NCBI GenBank assembly: GCA_964016885.1
Contig: OZ024759.1
Coordinates: 27,900,001-27,964,000, forward strand
Origin: Eledone cirrhosa
Lineage: Eukaryota
Length of the DNA: 64,000 nucleotides
Direction: 5' to 3'
Part shown: one piece after another, positions 52,750-64,000 of the stretch
Layout of the letters: each line of letters begins with the position of its first letter
Position numbering within the stretch: the stretch's first letter is position 1
Notes under the pieces: generated by a model
The model's input: the letters and a program-made list of their open reading frames with translations, nothing else
What the model was told of the DNA's origin: nothing
The model's database searches: none
Made by a program: the position numbers and the translations under genes

Positions 52750-53355
52750 TACATGGTGGCTGCCAACTTGTTTTCGAGCACGGCCACTACTTTATATCCA
52801 TGTAGGAGAACCCTTACCGATGCGCTGAACGAGTGTGACTTTTTAGTCCAGCCAGCGACTTGAAAACTCTGGTACAAACACTACACTTGTGACAATTATT
52901 GACACATAGTGCTGGGCCCATGGTACCATGTGACGACAAGTGCAGAGCGATCTCCAGATATAAAGCAATGCCTGTGCCGTGAAGCTTTTATAGGGAGCAA
53001 AGGCACTGCACAAAGCCAGTCCCACTCTCTTAACCAAGATGATATTTACCAAAAAGAAGAAAAAGTCAACATCATTGGATACCATCAGGGTTGCAGGTGT
53101 TATATCAGAGTTTTCCTTCTAGAATTCTGCCTTGACAAAGGCTAAGGGGTCATCTCTCCCGGTGATTTTGGATGGCCATTGACTCTTAAGAGCTCCTTTG
53201 CCCTTTGACAGGTTTTGTTTTTAGTCCTGCAGGATGTCCAAAGTCACCCTCCTCACCAAGAAACCTTGGTGGGGTTGCCAGTTTAATCGCCAACCACCCG
53301 ACCATGGGACAGGTTGTACTGGAATACATGTTACCAGTAGCACCAACTGGTGACC
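52750..53355 (-). mobile_element. Decayed RTE-like pieces (C-terminal C2H2 finger; probable 5' UTR fragment)
   Basis: CSVCTRVFKSLAGLKSHTRSAH* at about 52815-52890, followed by a short UTR and (TATG)n tail. Confidence 0.5.
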
Positions 53356-53361
53356 TGATAT

Positions 53362-53425
<64 letters not shown>

Positions 53426-54167
53426 GAACGAGTGAAGAATAACATGGTCAACAGTATTATATATATAATGTATGAGTGTGTACAGAAACCAACAGTGCAC
53501 TCATTCACAAACTACGCAGTGCTCTGGTAGAAAATGACTAAACAACTGCCAAAAACTGTTGAAAGGCCATTTGCGTGGAATTCCACAAAGGGTTTTAATT
53601 TCTTTTCAACCCCTTTTGGTCTGCGAGGCGAGCTTGTTACTCACACAACCACTCCTGTAGCGTTACATTGATAGTAATTCGTGTAGGGTTTGGCAATATT
53701 AACAGAGGATGTGTTTGGCGATGTTGGCGCAGGCGGGGGCCTGCCTGAAAGAATGACGAGGAATTTCTGAAGAATTTCTAAACATTAGAAAGAACAGCGA
53801 AAAAAAAAAAAGCCCCCCCCCCCCCCCAAAAAAAAAAGCCCCCCCCCCCAAAAAAAAAACAGACCTTCAACACATTCACCGCCTCAATAATCAAATTCCA
53901 CAAAAGAAAACAAAGTTAGAAACATACAAATGAAAAAGAGAGAAAGCAAAAAGGTTTAATGCTTCACTTATTTCCTGCGACTCACAGAGAACTGGTTTTG
54001 GTTTGATGTGGTGCCACTATTTGTTTAGTGAATACAGTTTTAAGTGTTTAGCTTCGCGGATAAACATACATACTTTATTTGTCCACAATACACTCTGTCT
54101 GATGGGGAAAAAACAACAACAAAAATATATATACACTCGTTTTTGTGTAGCAAATATTTGATTTTTA

Positions 54168-54798
54168 CCTATGGTCATGAATCTTGGGTAATGACCGAAA
54201 GAATACGATTGTGAATACAAGCGGTCGAAATGGGACTCCACCGAAGGATCTTTGGTGTAAGGTTACTCGATAAAGTGCGTAGCTCGGAGATCAGAGAGTC
54301 ACTCCAGGTAGAGCCGCTACTTCTCCGAATTGAGAGATCACAGCTCCGATACTATGGGCATGTGGTTAGAATGTCTCAGGAACGAATTGCTGGAGAGTTG
54401 CTCCAGGTAGAGTCACTACTTCTTCAAATTGAGAGATCATAGCTCTGATATTACGGGCTTGTAGTTAGAATGTCTCAGGAAAGAATCACTGGAGTCACTC
54501 CAGGTAGAGCCGCTACTTCTCTGAATTGAGAGATCACAGCTCTGATAATTGAGACATGTGGTTAGAATGTCTCAGGAAAGAATCGCCGGACAGATTTTAC
54601 GGGCAAAACCAACCTGCAGGAGACCCAGGGGTAGACCATGAGTATGATGGTTGGATAACACCATGAGCTTGGCTGGTCATGCTTGCTGATACAGCCAGAT
54701 CAGAGATGGTTGCTTCTGACAGGACCCACTGCAGGGAGTGTTTGAGGACTCTTCCCCCACGACCCTCTCAGAAATAAATGGGCGAAGAAGAGAGAAGA
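54168..54798 (+). mobile_element. RTE-clade LINE 3' end (family R1) with internal triplication
   Basis: Same peptide as 498-716; a block of about 100 bp is repeated three times; then RRPRGRP and a (GAA)-type tail. Confidence 0.8.
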
Positions 54799-55102
54799 AA
54801 AGTGATAGAATTCCCAGGTCAATGGTATATAGTAGCGTGATGTAAGAAAGATTTAGTTGTTATCTCTAACAATTAGAATGACCATATAGAAGTCCCAGGT
54901 CAATGGGATATAGGTGATGCCGGATGATGAGATGTCTGGCATTTTATTATATTTCTTAATTAATTACTTTCAATATTTTTCGTAGTAATTAAATATTTTC
55001 TTTGCTTCCGTTAGAGTTAGTTGAACATATTTCTATGTCTGCTGTGCAATGTCAAATGGTCGACACTCTCATCTCTACTAATTATTCGTTAAATTAAGTC
55101 TA

Positions 55103-55143
<41 letters not shown>

Positions 55144-55260
55144 ATATGTGTGAATATGTGTATGTATGTGTATACATGTGTGTGTATATGTGTATGTGTA
55201 TATGTGTGTGTATATGTAGACATATATGTATATGTGTGAATGTGTATATATGTATATGTG

Positions 55261-55300
<40 letters not shown>

Positions 55301-55882
55301 TATGTATATGTGTATATGTATGTATATGTGTATATGTATGTATATGTGTGTGTATATGTGTGTATATATGTATATGTGTATATATATATAGGTATCTATA
55401 TGTGTATATACGTATACATATACGCATGTATATATGTATGTATGTATGTATGTATATGTGTATATACATATGTATGTGTATATACATGTGTTTGTATATG
55501 TATGTAAATTTATGCTTATGTATATTTCTGTCTGTCATTGCCATATCCTTGCCAAGAGCTATATATTGTCTTGTATATACATTACAGATTTCTGTATATA
55601 TATATATATAGTAATAATAATAAAATTGAAGACTAAAATCCAAAGAGGGCTCGATAAGGAAAATATATATCAAATATATAAGAACCAATGACGTATTATT
55701 CGTTTTTTCCCGTTCTTTGCCAGCGAACGTTACCACGAACCAAAGTATCGTCTTCCTGTCTTCCTCCGGTTGCAACGTTTTTTGAAATATCCAGTTCTGC
55801 GTTTACAGATTGACTTTGTTAGTTTCAGAAGATCCCGTTAAGGGTGAAAGCAGCGATTCTTTGCTTAAACTTTAATCTGTTA

Positions 55883-55957
<75 letters not shown>

Positions 55958-56861
55958 TGTCCCCCCCAAAATATATACACACTTCAACAGCATTTTAATA
56001 AATATTACATACATTTTTTGGGACACCCTGCTTATATCTGTATGTGTATATATATATATACTATAGGTGTATTCCCGATGTATATCGGGAGGTGTTTACA
56101 ATTAAAAAAAGTACTGAATACGTTAGTGGAGTATAGGCATTTTTATTTTATTATAGAACCGTTTACGTTCTGAGTTCAAATCCCGTCGAGGTTAACTTTG
56201 CCTTTCATCCTTACGGGGCTGATAAAATAAAGTACCAGTAATGCACTGGGATAATTGCTGGCCTTGAGCCTATATAAAGAACTATTATTATAAGTACCAG
56301 TAATGAACTGTGTTCGATTCAATCGACTTTCCTTTCCTCCCCAAATTGTTGGTCTTGTGCCTAAATCAGAAAACATTATTCTGACAAACTAATATATCTT
56401 TAATCCATAACATTATAAATCATTTTCTCCTCCATCTTTTTTGCCTATTTAAAATTCCTATTCACAGATATTATATTCATATCAGTTATTTCAACGTTAC
56501 TTCCTTATATATAACTGCTCATCCGGTAGATCATTGACATCTGTGATAAAATATTTCTCCTTTCTCTTTTCTCTATTATTCTTTTATTTTGTTCAACTGA
56601 TTTATCAGACACAAAAGTAGATATAGTATCGTTTCATAAGTGGTCAGTGCCTGGTGAAATTTAGCATTGCTTTTGTAGGTCGTTAAAGGCAGGGAATCGG
56701 CGGAGTCGTTAGAATGTCGGATAGGACACTTTGCAGTATTTGTTTTGGCTCTCTGCTCCCTGAGTTCAAATCTCACTGAAGTCAGTTATGTCTTTCATCC
56801 TTTCCAGGTTGATAAAAAAAAGTACCAGTCTAGTACTGGGGACGATTCTTCCTCTATATCT

Positions 56862-56918
<57 letters not shown>

Positions 56919-57234
56919 GAAGAAATCTGCTGGCACAAGTAATTGGAATTGAAAACTAAAAATTAGCAGAGAGCACAAATAAATTGGTACAGCTATCGCT
57001 GGTGGGGCCCCCACTGGAGGGGGCCCGTGGATATTCCCCCCCCCATTAAATCCAACCCTGACTGCACCATACCACACCATACCATTTATAGATATATTTA
57101 TATCAGTTATTCCAAAGACATTTCTTTATATTACAGATCTCCGACATCTGTAATAAAATATTTCTCTCTTCGCTATAATTTTTTATTTTATTTAACATAA
57201 AAGTAGATTTGATATCGTTTCATAAAGTGACCGT

Positions 57235-57825
57235 CTTCCTCCTCTCTGAGGGTCGTTAGGGGTCATGGGACTTATGGACCAGCACTCTCCATCTTTTCCT
57301 GTCGTACATTCCACCAAACTCCTTCCTGTCCATTACTTTATATCATTTGTCCATCTCCTTTTCTGCCGCCCCCTGGCCCCTTTCCCCCTTTATTCTCACA
57401 TACACACATGTATACATACATTCACACATTCACACATACACACATGTATACATACATTCACACATACACACATGTATACATATATTCACACATTTACACA
57501 TACATTCACACATACGCACATGTATACATACATTCACACATACGCACATGCATACATACATTCACACACCCATATATACACACATGTCCTTCTCACCCCA
57601 TCCTCATATCTGAGTGTCAGGGGTCATGGGACTTATGGACCAGCAACTCTCCATCTTTTCCTGTCTCTTGCCATTGCTGTACATTCCACCAAACACCTTC
57701 CTGTCCATTCCTTAATATCATCTGTCCATCTCCTTTTCTACCGCCCCCTGGCCCTTTTCCCCTGTATTCGCCCCTCAAGAATGTGGGTAGTGAAAGGTTG
57801 AGCCCTGATGACATGACCAAAATAC
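57235..57825 (-). mobile_element. RTE/BovB-like LINE 3' fragments (two partial copies)
   Basis: YFGHVIRAQPFTTHILEGRIQGKRARGR*KRRWTDDIKEWTG...ARDRKRWR. Confidence 0.75.
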
Positions 57826-60008
57826 TTGTTTCTACTTTAGGCACAAGGCCAGCAATTACCCAGTGCATTACTGGTACTTTATTTTATCGACCCCGTAAGG
57901 ATGAAAGGCAAAGTCAACCTCGGCGGGATTTGAACTCAGATCGTAAAGGGACGTAACTATGCTTGAAAGCATGGCGTCCGACCCTCCTCCGATACTGCCA
58001 ATCCACCAAAATACTGAAGCTTCCTTTTCTTTATTGTTCCAACCAATTATCGATTAGCACCAATCACTTCCAGGACAGATTCATTTGTCCTGTGAGCTGC
58101 CGTGTAAAATCTAGTATCACTTTTGTAGGTAGTTCAACTTGTATGTTCTAGCCATTATTTATGATGGCGGTGGATTGGCAGTGTCGGTAGAGAGTCGGAC
58201 GCTATGCTTTGACGCATAGAGTTACGGCCCTTGCCATTCTGAGTTCAAATCCCGCCGAGGTTAACTTTGCCTTTCATCCTTACGGGGTCGATAAAATAAA
58301 GTACCAGTAATGTACTGATTAATTTGCTGGCCTTGTGCCAAAAGTAGAAACAATTATTTATTCTGAGTCTATATTTTAGTTGATATTTCAACATTCTTCT
58401 CACCACTTCTGTCATCCCCTCCTTCCATCCTCACCCCCCCCTTCCATCCACACCCTCCTTCCATCCACACCCCCTTCCATCCACACCCTCCTTCCATCCT
58501 CACCCTCCTTCCAGCCTCACCCTCCTTCCATCCACCCCCTCCTTCCATCCACACCCTCATCCATCCTAACCCCTCCCCATACTGCTTAAACTGTCTTTGT
58601 TGTTGTGGTTGTTATTGTTGTTATCTCATCATTCTCACCACTTCCCTCAACCACCACCTGTTGTTGTTGTTGTTGTTGTGGTGGTGGTGGTGATTGTTGT
58701 CGTTGTTGTGGTGGTGGTGATTGTTGTTGTTGTTGTGGTGGTGGTGGTGATTGTTGTTGTTGTTGTGGTGGTGGTGGTGATTGTTGTCGTTGTTGTTGTG
58801 GTGGTGGTGATGGTGGTGGTGATTGTTGTTGTTGTTGTGGTGGTGGTGGTGGTGATTGTTGTTGTGGTGGTGGTGGTGGTTGTTGTTGTTGTTGTTGTTG
58901 TTGTTGTGGTGGTGGTGATTGTTGTCGTTGTTGTTGTGGTGGTGGTGATGGTGGAGGTGATTGTTGTTGTTGTTGTGGTGGTGGTGGTGGTGGTGATGTC
59001 GTTGTTGTGGTGGTGGTGGTGATGGTGGTGGTGGTGATTGTTGTCGTTGTTGTTGTGGTGGTGGTGGTGATTGTTGTTGTGGTGGTGGTGGCGGTGGTGA
59101 TAGTTGTTGTTGTTGTTGTTGTGGTGGTGATTGTTGTTCATCAGAAATCGATTCTATTGCATGAGTTATTCACAATGTCACCGTCCATCAATAAATGGAA
59201 CATAGATGGAGATATATAGATAGAAAGGTCAGAGTGGGAGGGGAATTGTGGTGGGAGGTGAGGTGTGGTGTGAGGGAGTGGGAGTGTTGTGAGGTGGGGG
59301 TGTGGTGGGAGTAGGAAACGTAGTGAGTGTAGTGGGTGTGGTGCGAGTAGAAAATGTAGTGGGCCTGGCAGGTGTGGTTGGAGTAGGAAATATGGTGGGG
59401 GTGGGAGTGGAGTGGGGTACGGGGGAGTAGGCGGTGTGGTGGAAAGTTATAGTTTGAACATCACCCTCCTCCCTCTACCTCTCTCCGCTCCTCTCTCAAT
59501 AAACAGATGTAACGATCGTTCCTCTTTCTCTACCTATCTCTCTTTACTCTCTCCCTCTCTCCTCCTATTCATATCACTATCTCTCCCCAGTCCTCACCCA
59601 TCCACTCTCACCCTCTCTCTTCCTCCCTCTTTCCCTTCCTCTCTATTCCCGTCTCTACCTATCTCCATTCTCTCCCGCCCTCTCTCTATTCCCGTCTAAA
59701 CCTCTCCCCCGCTCTATTCCCGTCTCTACCTCTCTCCACTCCCTCTCTTTCCACACGTCTCTCCTTTAAACAGATGTACCAATCAACACCCAATCCTCCA
59801 AGACATTCCAGCCAACGTTTATCGATCTATCGATAGATTTCAAGACAATAAAACATTTCTATATTTCCAATATTTCTTCGATAGTTTGTTTCATTATCTG
59901 ATCTGAGCCAATATTTACCGTTCAAATACTTCCTATTTCATCTTTACTTATCGATTTTATTGCTTCTTATTGATCTCATTGATCTGATAGATATAATATA
60001 TCTTAGAA

Positions 60009-60285
60009 CAGAGGTCAGAAAACCCCGGCCCGCAGGCTACATCCGGTCCATGAAGGATTTTTGTTCGGCCCGCCAACAGGTTTCAATCGTAGGCTAAGCA
60101 TAAGCAATCCCTGAAAATGTGCACTGAATTAATTTGGATTAGAATACCGACTAGAGCAGGGGTCGGCACCCCTCGGGCTGCGAAAGATTTTTGTCCGGCC
60201 CACCAACAGGGTTCTATCGTAAGCTAAGCAATCTCTTAAATGTGCTCTGGATTATTTTGGATTATTTAGAATACCGACTTGAGAA
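60009..60285. mobile_element. Duplicated hAT-like transposon terminus
   Basis: cagaggtcagaaaaccccggcccgcagg... and caggggtcggcacccc..., each followed by gatttttgt..ggccc.ccaacagg. Confidence 0.5.
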
Positions 60286-60759
60286 TACGTCTAGCCACAA
60301 GACTCTCTTAGAAGACGTCTAGTCACAAGACTCTCTTAGAACATGTCTAGCCACAAGACTCTCTTAGAAGACGTCTAGTCACAAGACTCTCTTAGAACAC
60401 GTCTAGTCACAAGACTCTCTTAGAACACGTCTAGCCACAAGACTCTCTTAGAAGACGTCTAGCCACAAGACTCTCTTAGAAGACGTCTAGCCACAAGACT
60501 CTCTTAGAACACGTCTAGCCACAACACTCTCTTAGAACACGTCTAGCCACAAGACTCTCTTAGAACACGTCTAGCCACAAGACTCTCTTAGAACACGTCT
60601 AGCCACAAGACTTTCTTAGAAGACGTCTAGCCACAAGACTCTCTTAGAACACGTCTAGCCACAAGACTCTCTTAGAACACGTCTAGCCACAAGACTTTCT
60701 TAGAAGACGTCTAGCCACAAGACTCTCTTAGAACACGTCTAGCCACAAGACTCTCTTAG
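60283..60759. repeat. 28-bp minisatellite, about 17 copies
   Basis: Unit agaacacgtctagccacaagactctctt. Confidence 0.95.
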
Positions 60760-61553
60760 CTGAACGGAACTTTTTGCGTGACAGTAACAAACAATCAAAC
60801 TCCGACAGTCTGTGTCTCTGTCTGCTACTCCGAAACATACTGTAAGATGTCTCTGTCAGGGTTCCATTTCAATGAGTTGACAGTAAAGATTATTGAAAGG
60901 AGAGATTAAGAAGAAGAGGGAAAATTGCCCTATAATCAGATTAAACACAGCCACAAGGATATGGTCCGAACGTGGAAAAGCCGAACTCGCACTGTCATCG
61001 CCTCCATCTCTCTCGCCCTCCACATCTGTCCGTATGGTGAGCAAATGGGGTCCCACGTGCTGGCCACCCCACAGCCCCGGCGGGCAGAATGGAGAAGGCA
61101 GTTAGTATCTCATTAAACAATTTACCCCCTCTTTCACACCCCTCTCTATCATCCCTTGTCTCTCACCCCACCCCTCCCCCTCTATTTCTCTCCCCACCCC
61201 TCCCCCTCTATTTCTCTCACACACCCCTCTCTCTCGCTTCCCTCTCTTTCTCTCACCCCCCTCTCTCTCGCTTCCCTCTCTCTCTCTCTCTCTCACACAC
61301 CCCTCTTTCTCGATCCCCTCTCTCTCTCACCCCCTCTCTCTCGCTTCCCTCTCTCACCCCCTCTCTCTCGCTTCCCTCTCTCACCCCCTCTCTCTCGCTT
61401 CCCTCTCTCTCTCACCCCTTCTCTCCCACCCCTTCTCTCCCACCCCTCTCTCAATCCCCCTCCATCTCACCCCTACACATTATATGTATTTATATATATA
61501 TATTACATATAATATAATATAATATGATATATCATATTATAATATGTCCATTA

Positions 61554-61591
61554 CGCGCTGAGGATCCGCCAAGGTGAAACAATTGTTCTCG
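61554..61591 (+). ncRNA. Degenerate minimal hammerhead motif
   Basis: CGCG-CTGAGGA-T-CC(GCCAA)GG-T-GAAAC-AATT-GTT|CTCG. Palindromic stem III, one mismatch in stem I, AT-repeat flanks. Confidence 0.5.
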
Positions 61592-61651
61592 GTATGGTGA
61601 ACTAACGAATTCAAATTACCACATCATTAATAAAGAAAGATATATAATATG

Positions 61652-61687
<36 letters not shown>

Positions 61688-61688
61688 G

Positions 61689-61730
<42 letters not shown>

Positions 61731-61841
61731 GATTATATATATATATATCATCACCGTTTAACGTTCGTCTATTTTTCCACGCTACCATATATATAAATAC
61801 ACATATATATATATATATACATTGTATTTACATTATCATAC

Positions 61842-61872
<31 letters not shown>

Positions 61873-62065
61873 TGTATTTACATATTCATACAATATATAT
61901 ACACAATATATATACACTAGAAGAGGAAGACCAAGGTTAACATATGTTGATGCCCTAAGGACAGACACTGGTCTGTTGGAGATGCAGGATATGGCAGCGA
62001 TAATGAGGGACAGAGACCGCTGGAGAGAACTCGTCCATGGATCTCGGGAATTTTACCCGCCTTAG

Positions 62066-62098
<33 letters not shown>

Positions 62099-62352
62099 GA
62101 ATGAATAATTGTTTCTACTTTAGGCACAAGGCCAGCAATTACCAGTGCATTACTGGTACTTTATTTTATCGACCCCGTAAGGATGAAAGGCAAAGTCAAC
62201 CTCGGCGGGATAATAACAGGTAGACATCATAAAAAGGTAATTTATTCCGTGTGTTTCCACGGTGGTACTACAGCGTAGAGTAACCTCTTACCGTACGTCA
62301 ACCATATCCAGTGTAGTAATTAACCATTACTACATCTTGGATAATCCTATAC

Positions 62353-62396
<44 letters not shown>

Positions 62397-62684
62397 CATA
62401 CACATCTGAGACTATCTCAACAACAGCAGCAGCAACAGCAACAACAACAACACCAGTAGCAGTCGCAGTGACCTCATATATTAAAGAGACATTACTGACA
62501 GCTCCAGAACGGCCATGTTCTGGTTTCTAGCAATACGTTCAATAGAAATGTCTGTAATGTTCTGTATTAGAGAAGTTGACGCCTGCAAACACGGATTAAC
62601 AACCAGCAAGGCTTTCTCAACTGTCAACAGTTTAACCTATGATATATAGATTCCAGCACACAGATCTTTGCTATCGTCTGCATG

Positions 62685-62720
62685 TCTGTGTGTTGTGTGG
62701 AGATTTGTATTAGTGTGTCA

Positions 62721-62764
<44 letters not shown>

Positions 62765-62791
62765 TGTGTGGAGATTTGTATTAGTGTGTCA

Positions 62792-62877
<86 letters not shown>

Positions 62878-62907
62878 TGTGTGGAGATTTGTATTAGTGT
62901 GTCAGTG

Positions 62908-62950
<43 letters not shown>

Positions 62951-62977
62951 TGTGTGGAGATTTGTATTAGTGTGTCA

Positions 62978-63021
<44 letters not shown>

Positions 63022-63051
63022 TATGTGGAGATTTGTATTAGTGTGTCAGTG

Positions 63052-63084
<33 letters not shown>

Positions 63085-63273
63085 TATGTGGAGATTTGTA
63101 TTAGTGTGTCAGTGTATATATATATATATATATATAACGAAGGAAGTGTGGTAAGGAACCAGGTGGACCATAACGCACCAAAGTACTCAATACTTGAGGT
63201 AGTAGAGTGGGTAATAGGAACCAGAATTAGCCGTCGAAACGGCTTGAGCTCAGCTGTCGGGGTCTTACTGGTT

Positions 63274-63324
<51 letters not shown>

Positions 63325-63360
63325 TGTGTGGTGATTTGTATTAGTGTGTCAGTGTATATA
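62685..63360. repeat. Compound array: constant ~35-bp unit separated by variable (TA)n(TG)n
   Basis: tgtgttgtgtggagatttgtattagtgtgtcagtg, 7 copies, plus a decayed copy at about 63948. Confidence 0.9.
63136..63277 (-). mobile_element. Family H3 mini-element with collapsed palindrome
   Basis: Near-identical to 47643-47845 but lacking most of the left arm (junction ataggaaccag|aattagcc); in (TA)n. Confidence 0.7.
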
Positions 63361-63441
63361 TATATATATATATATATAATAATAATTGTTTCTACTTTTT
63401 TGGCACAAGGCCAGCAATTACCCAGTACATTACTGGTACTT

Positions 63442-63937
63442 TAATAATAATGAAATTATTGTGTAAAGTGCTCAGGTGCACTACAACTCGTCAATATAGT
63501 ACATAGAATAATACACAAATGTCAGGGAAGTACATGTGTGTATGTGTTAGCTGTAGTGTTGGCGGATCTCGGGAAGTATGGAGGCCTTAAAGGATGCAGT
63601 GTCTCGACAGCTAACAACTGATGCAGGTAGTTTGTTCCATGGAGGCCTTAAAGGATGCAGTGTCTCGACAGCTAACAACTGATGCAGGTAGTTTGTTCCA
63701 TGCTTCAGCAACTCTGAGTGTGAAAAAATGTTTCCGAAAGTCATGGGAACTGTGCTGTTTTCTTACTTTGTGGGCATGTCCACGTGTGTTAGACACATGG
63801 AAATCAAAAAGGTACTCAGGGTTGTTGTTGGCAACATGGTTAACAATTTTGTGGGTGTTTACCAAGTCAGTTGCCAGGCGTCGGAGCTTCAATGAATCCA
63901 TGCCCAGGGAAGCAAGGCGCTCAGAGTATGGTAGATG
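63442..63937 (-). mobile_element. CR1-clade LINE 3' end with 61-bp tandem duplication and (ATT)n tail
   Basis: LPYSERLASLGMDSLKLRRLATDLVNTHKI...NTRGHAHKV...RKHFFTLRVAEAWNKLPASVV...SFK. Confidence 0.85.
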
Positions 63938-64000
63938 ATATATACATGTGTTGTGTGTGTGTGGTGATTTGTGTGTGTGTCAGTGTATATATATATATGT

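Noticed and set aside
60283-60759. CRISPR-like appearance of the 28-bp array and the 62685-63360 array
   Set aside because: No unique spacers (units are contiguous or separated by TA runs), no cas genes, eukaryotic context.
62485-62636. 51-codon minus-strand open frame VKLLTVEKALLVVNPCLQ... and the unique region 60860-61115
   Set aside because: No recognisable family and weak splice signals; left unannotated.

Overview
Eukaryotic, repeat-saturated genomic DNA. The dense (TA)n/(CA)n/(GA)n microsatellites and tRNA-derived CORE-type SINEs suggest an octopus or other cephalopod (inference). Nearly all ORFs in the supplied track are microsatellite artefacts. Protein-coding signal I can support: (i) the first two coding exons of an MFSD6-like MFS transporter on the minus strand (12054-11973 and 9945-8413; the remaining 3' exons were not found in the window); (ii) a decayed RNF166/RNF114-family processed pseudogene in its intron; (iii) a 5'-truncated but nearly intact Tx1/L1-clade LINE (39505-42655) sitting in a GA/GATA microsatellite; (iv) fragments of RTE, CR1, Helitron and Penelope-like elements. 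The most striking feature the ORF track does not show is a swarm of minimal type I hammerhead ribozyme motifs: about 10 complete or near-complete and about 8 degenerate or half copies, from at least 8 sequence families. Most lie in short elements inserted in (TA)n tracts, and several are arranged as long fold-back palindromes with a one-sided extension, the architecture of Penelope-like element pseudo-LTRs. All folds were read by eye; no search or folding program was run.
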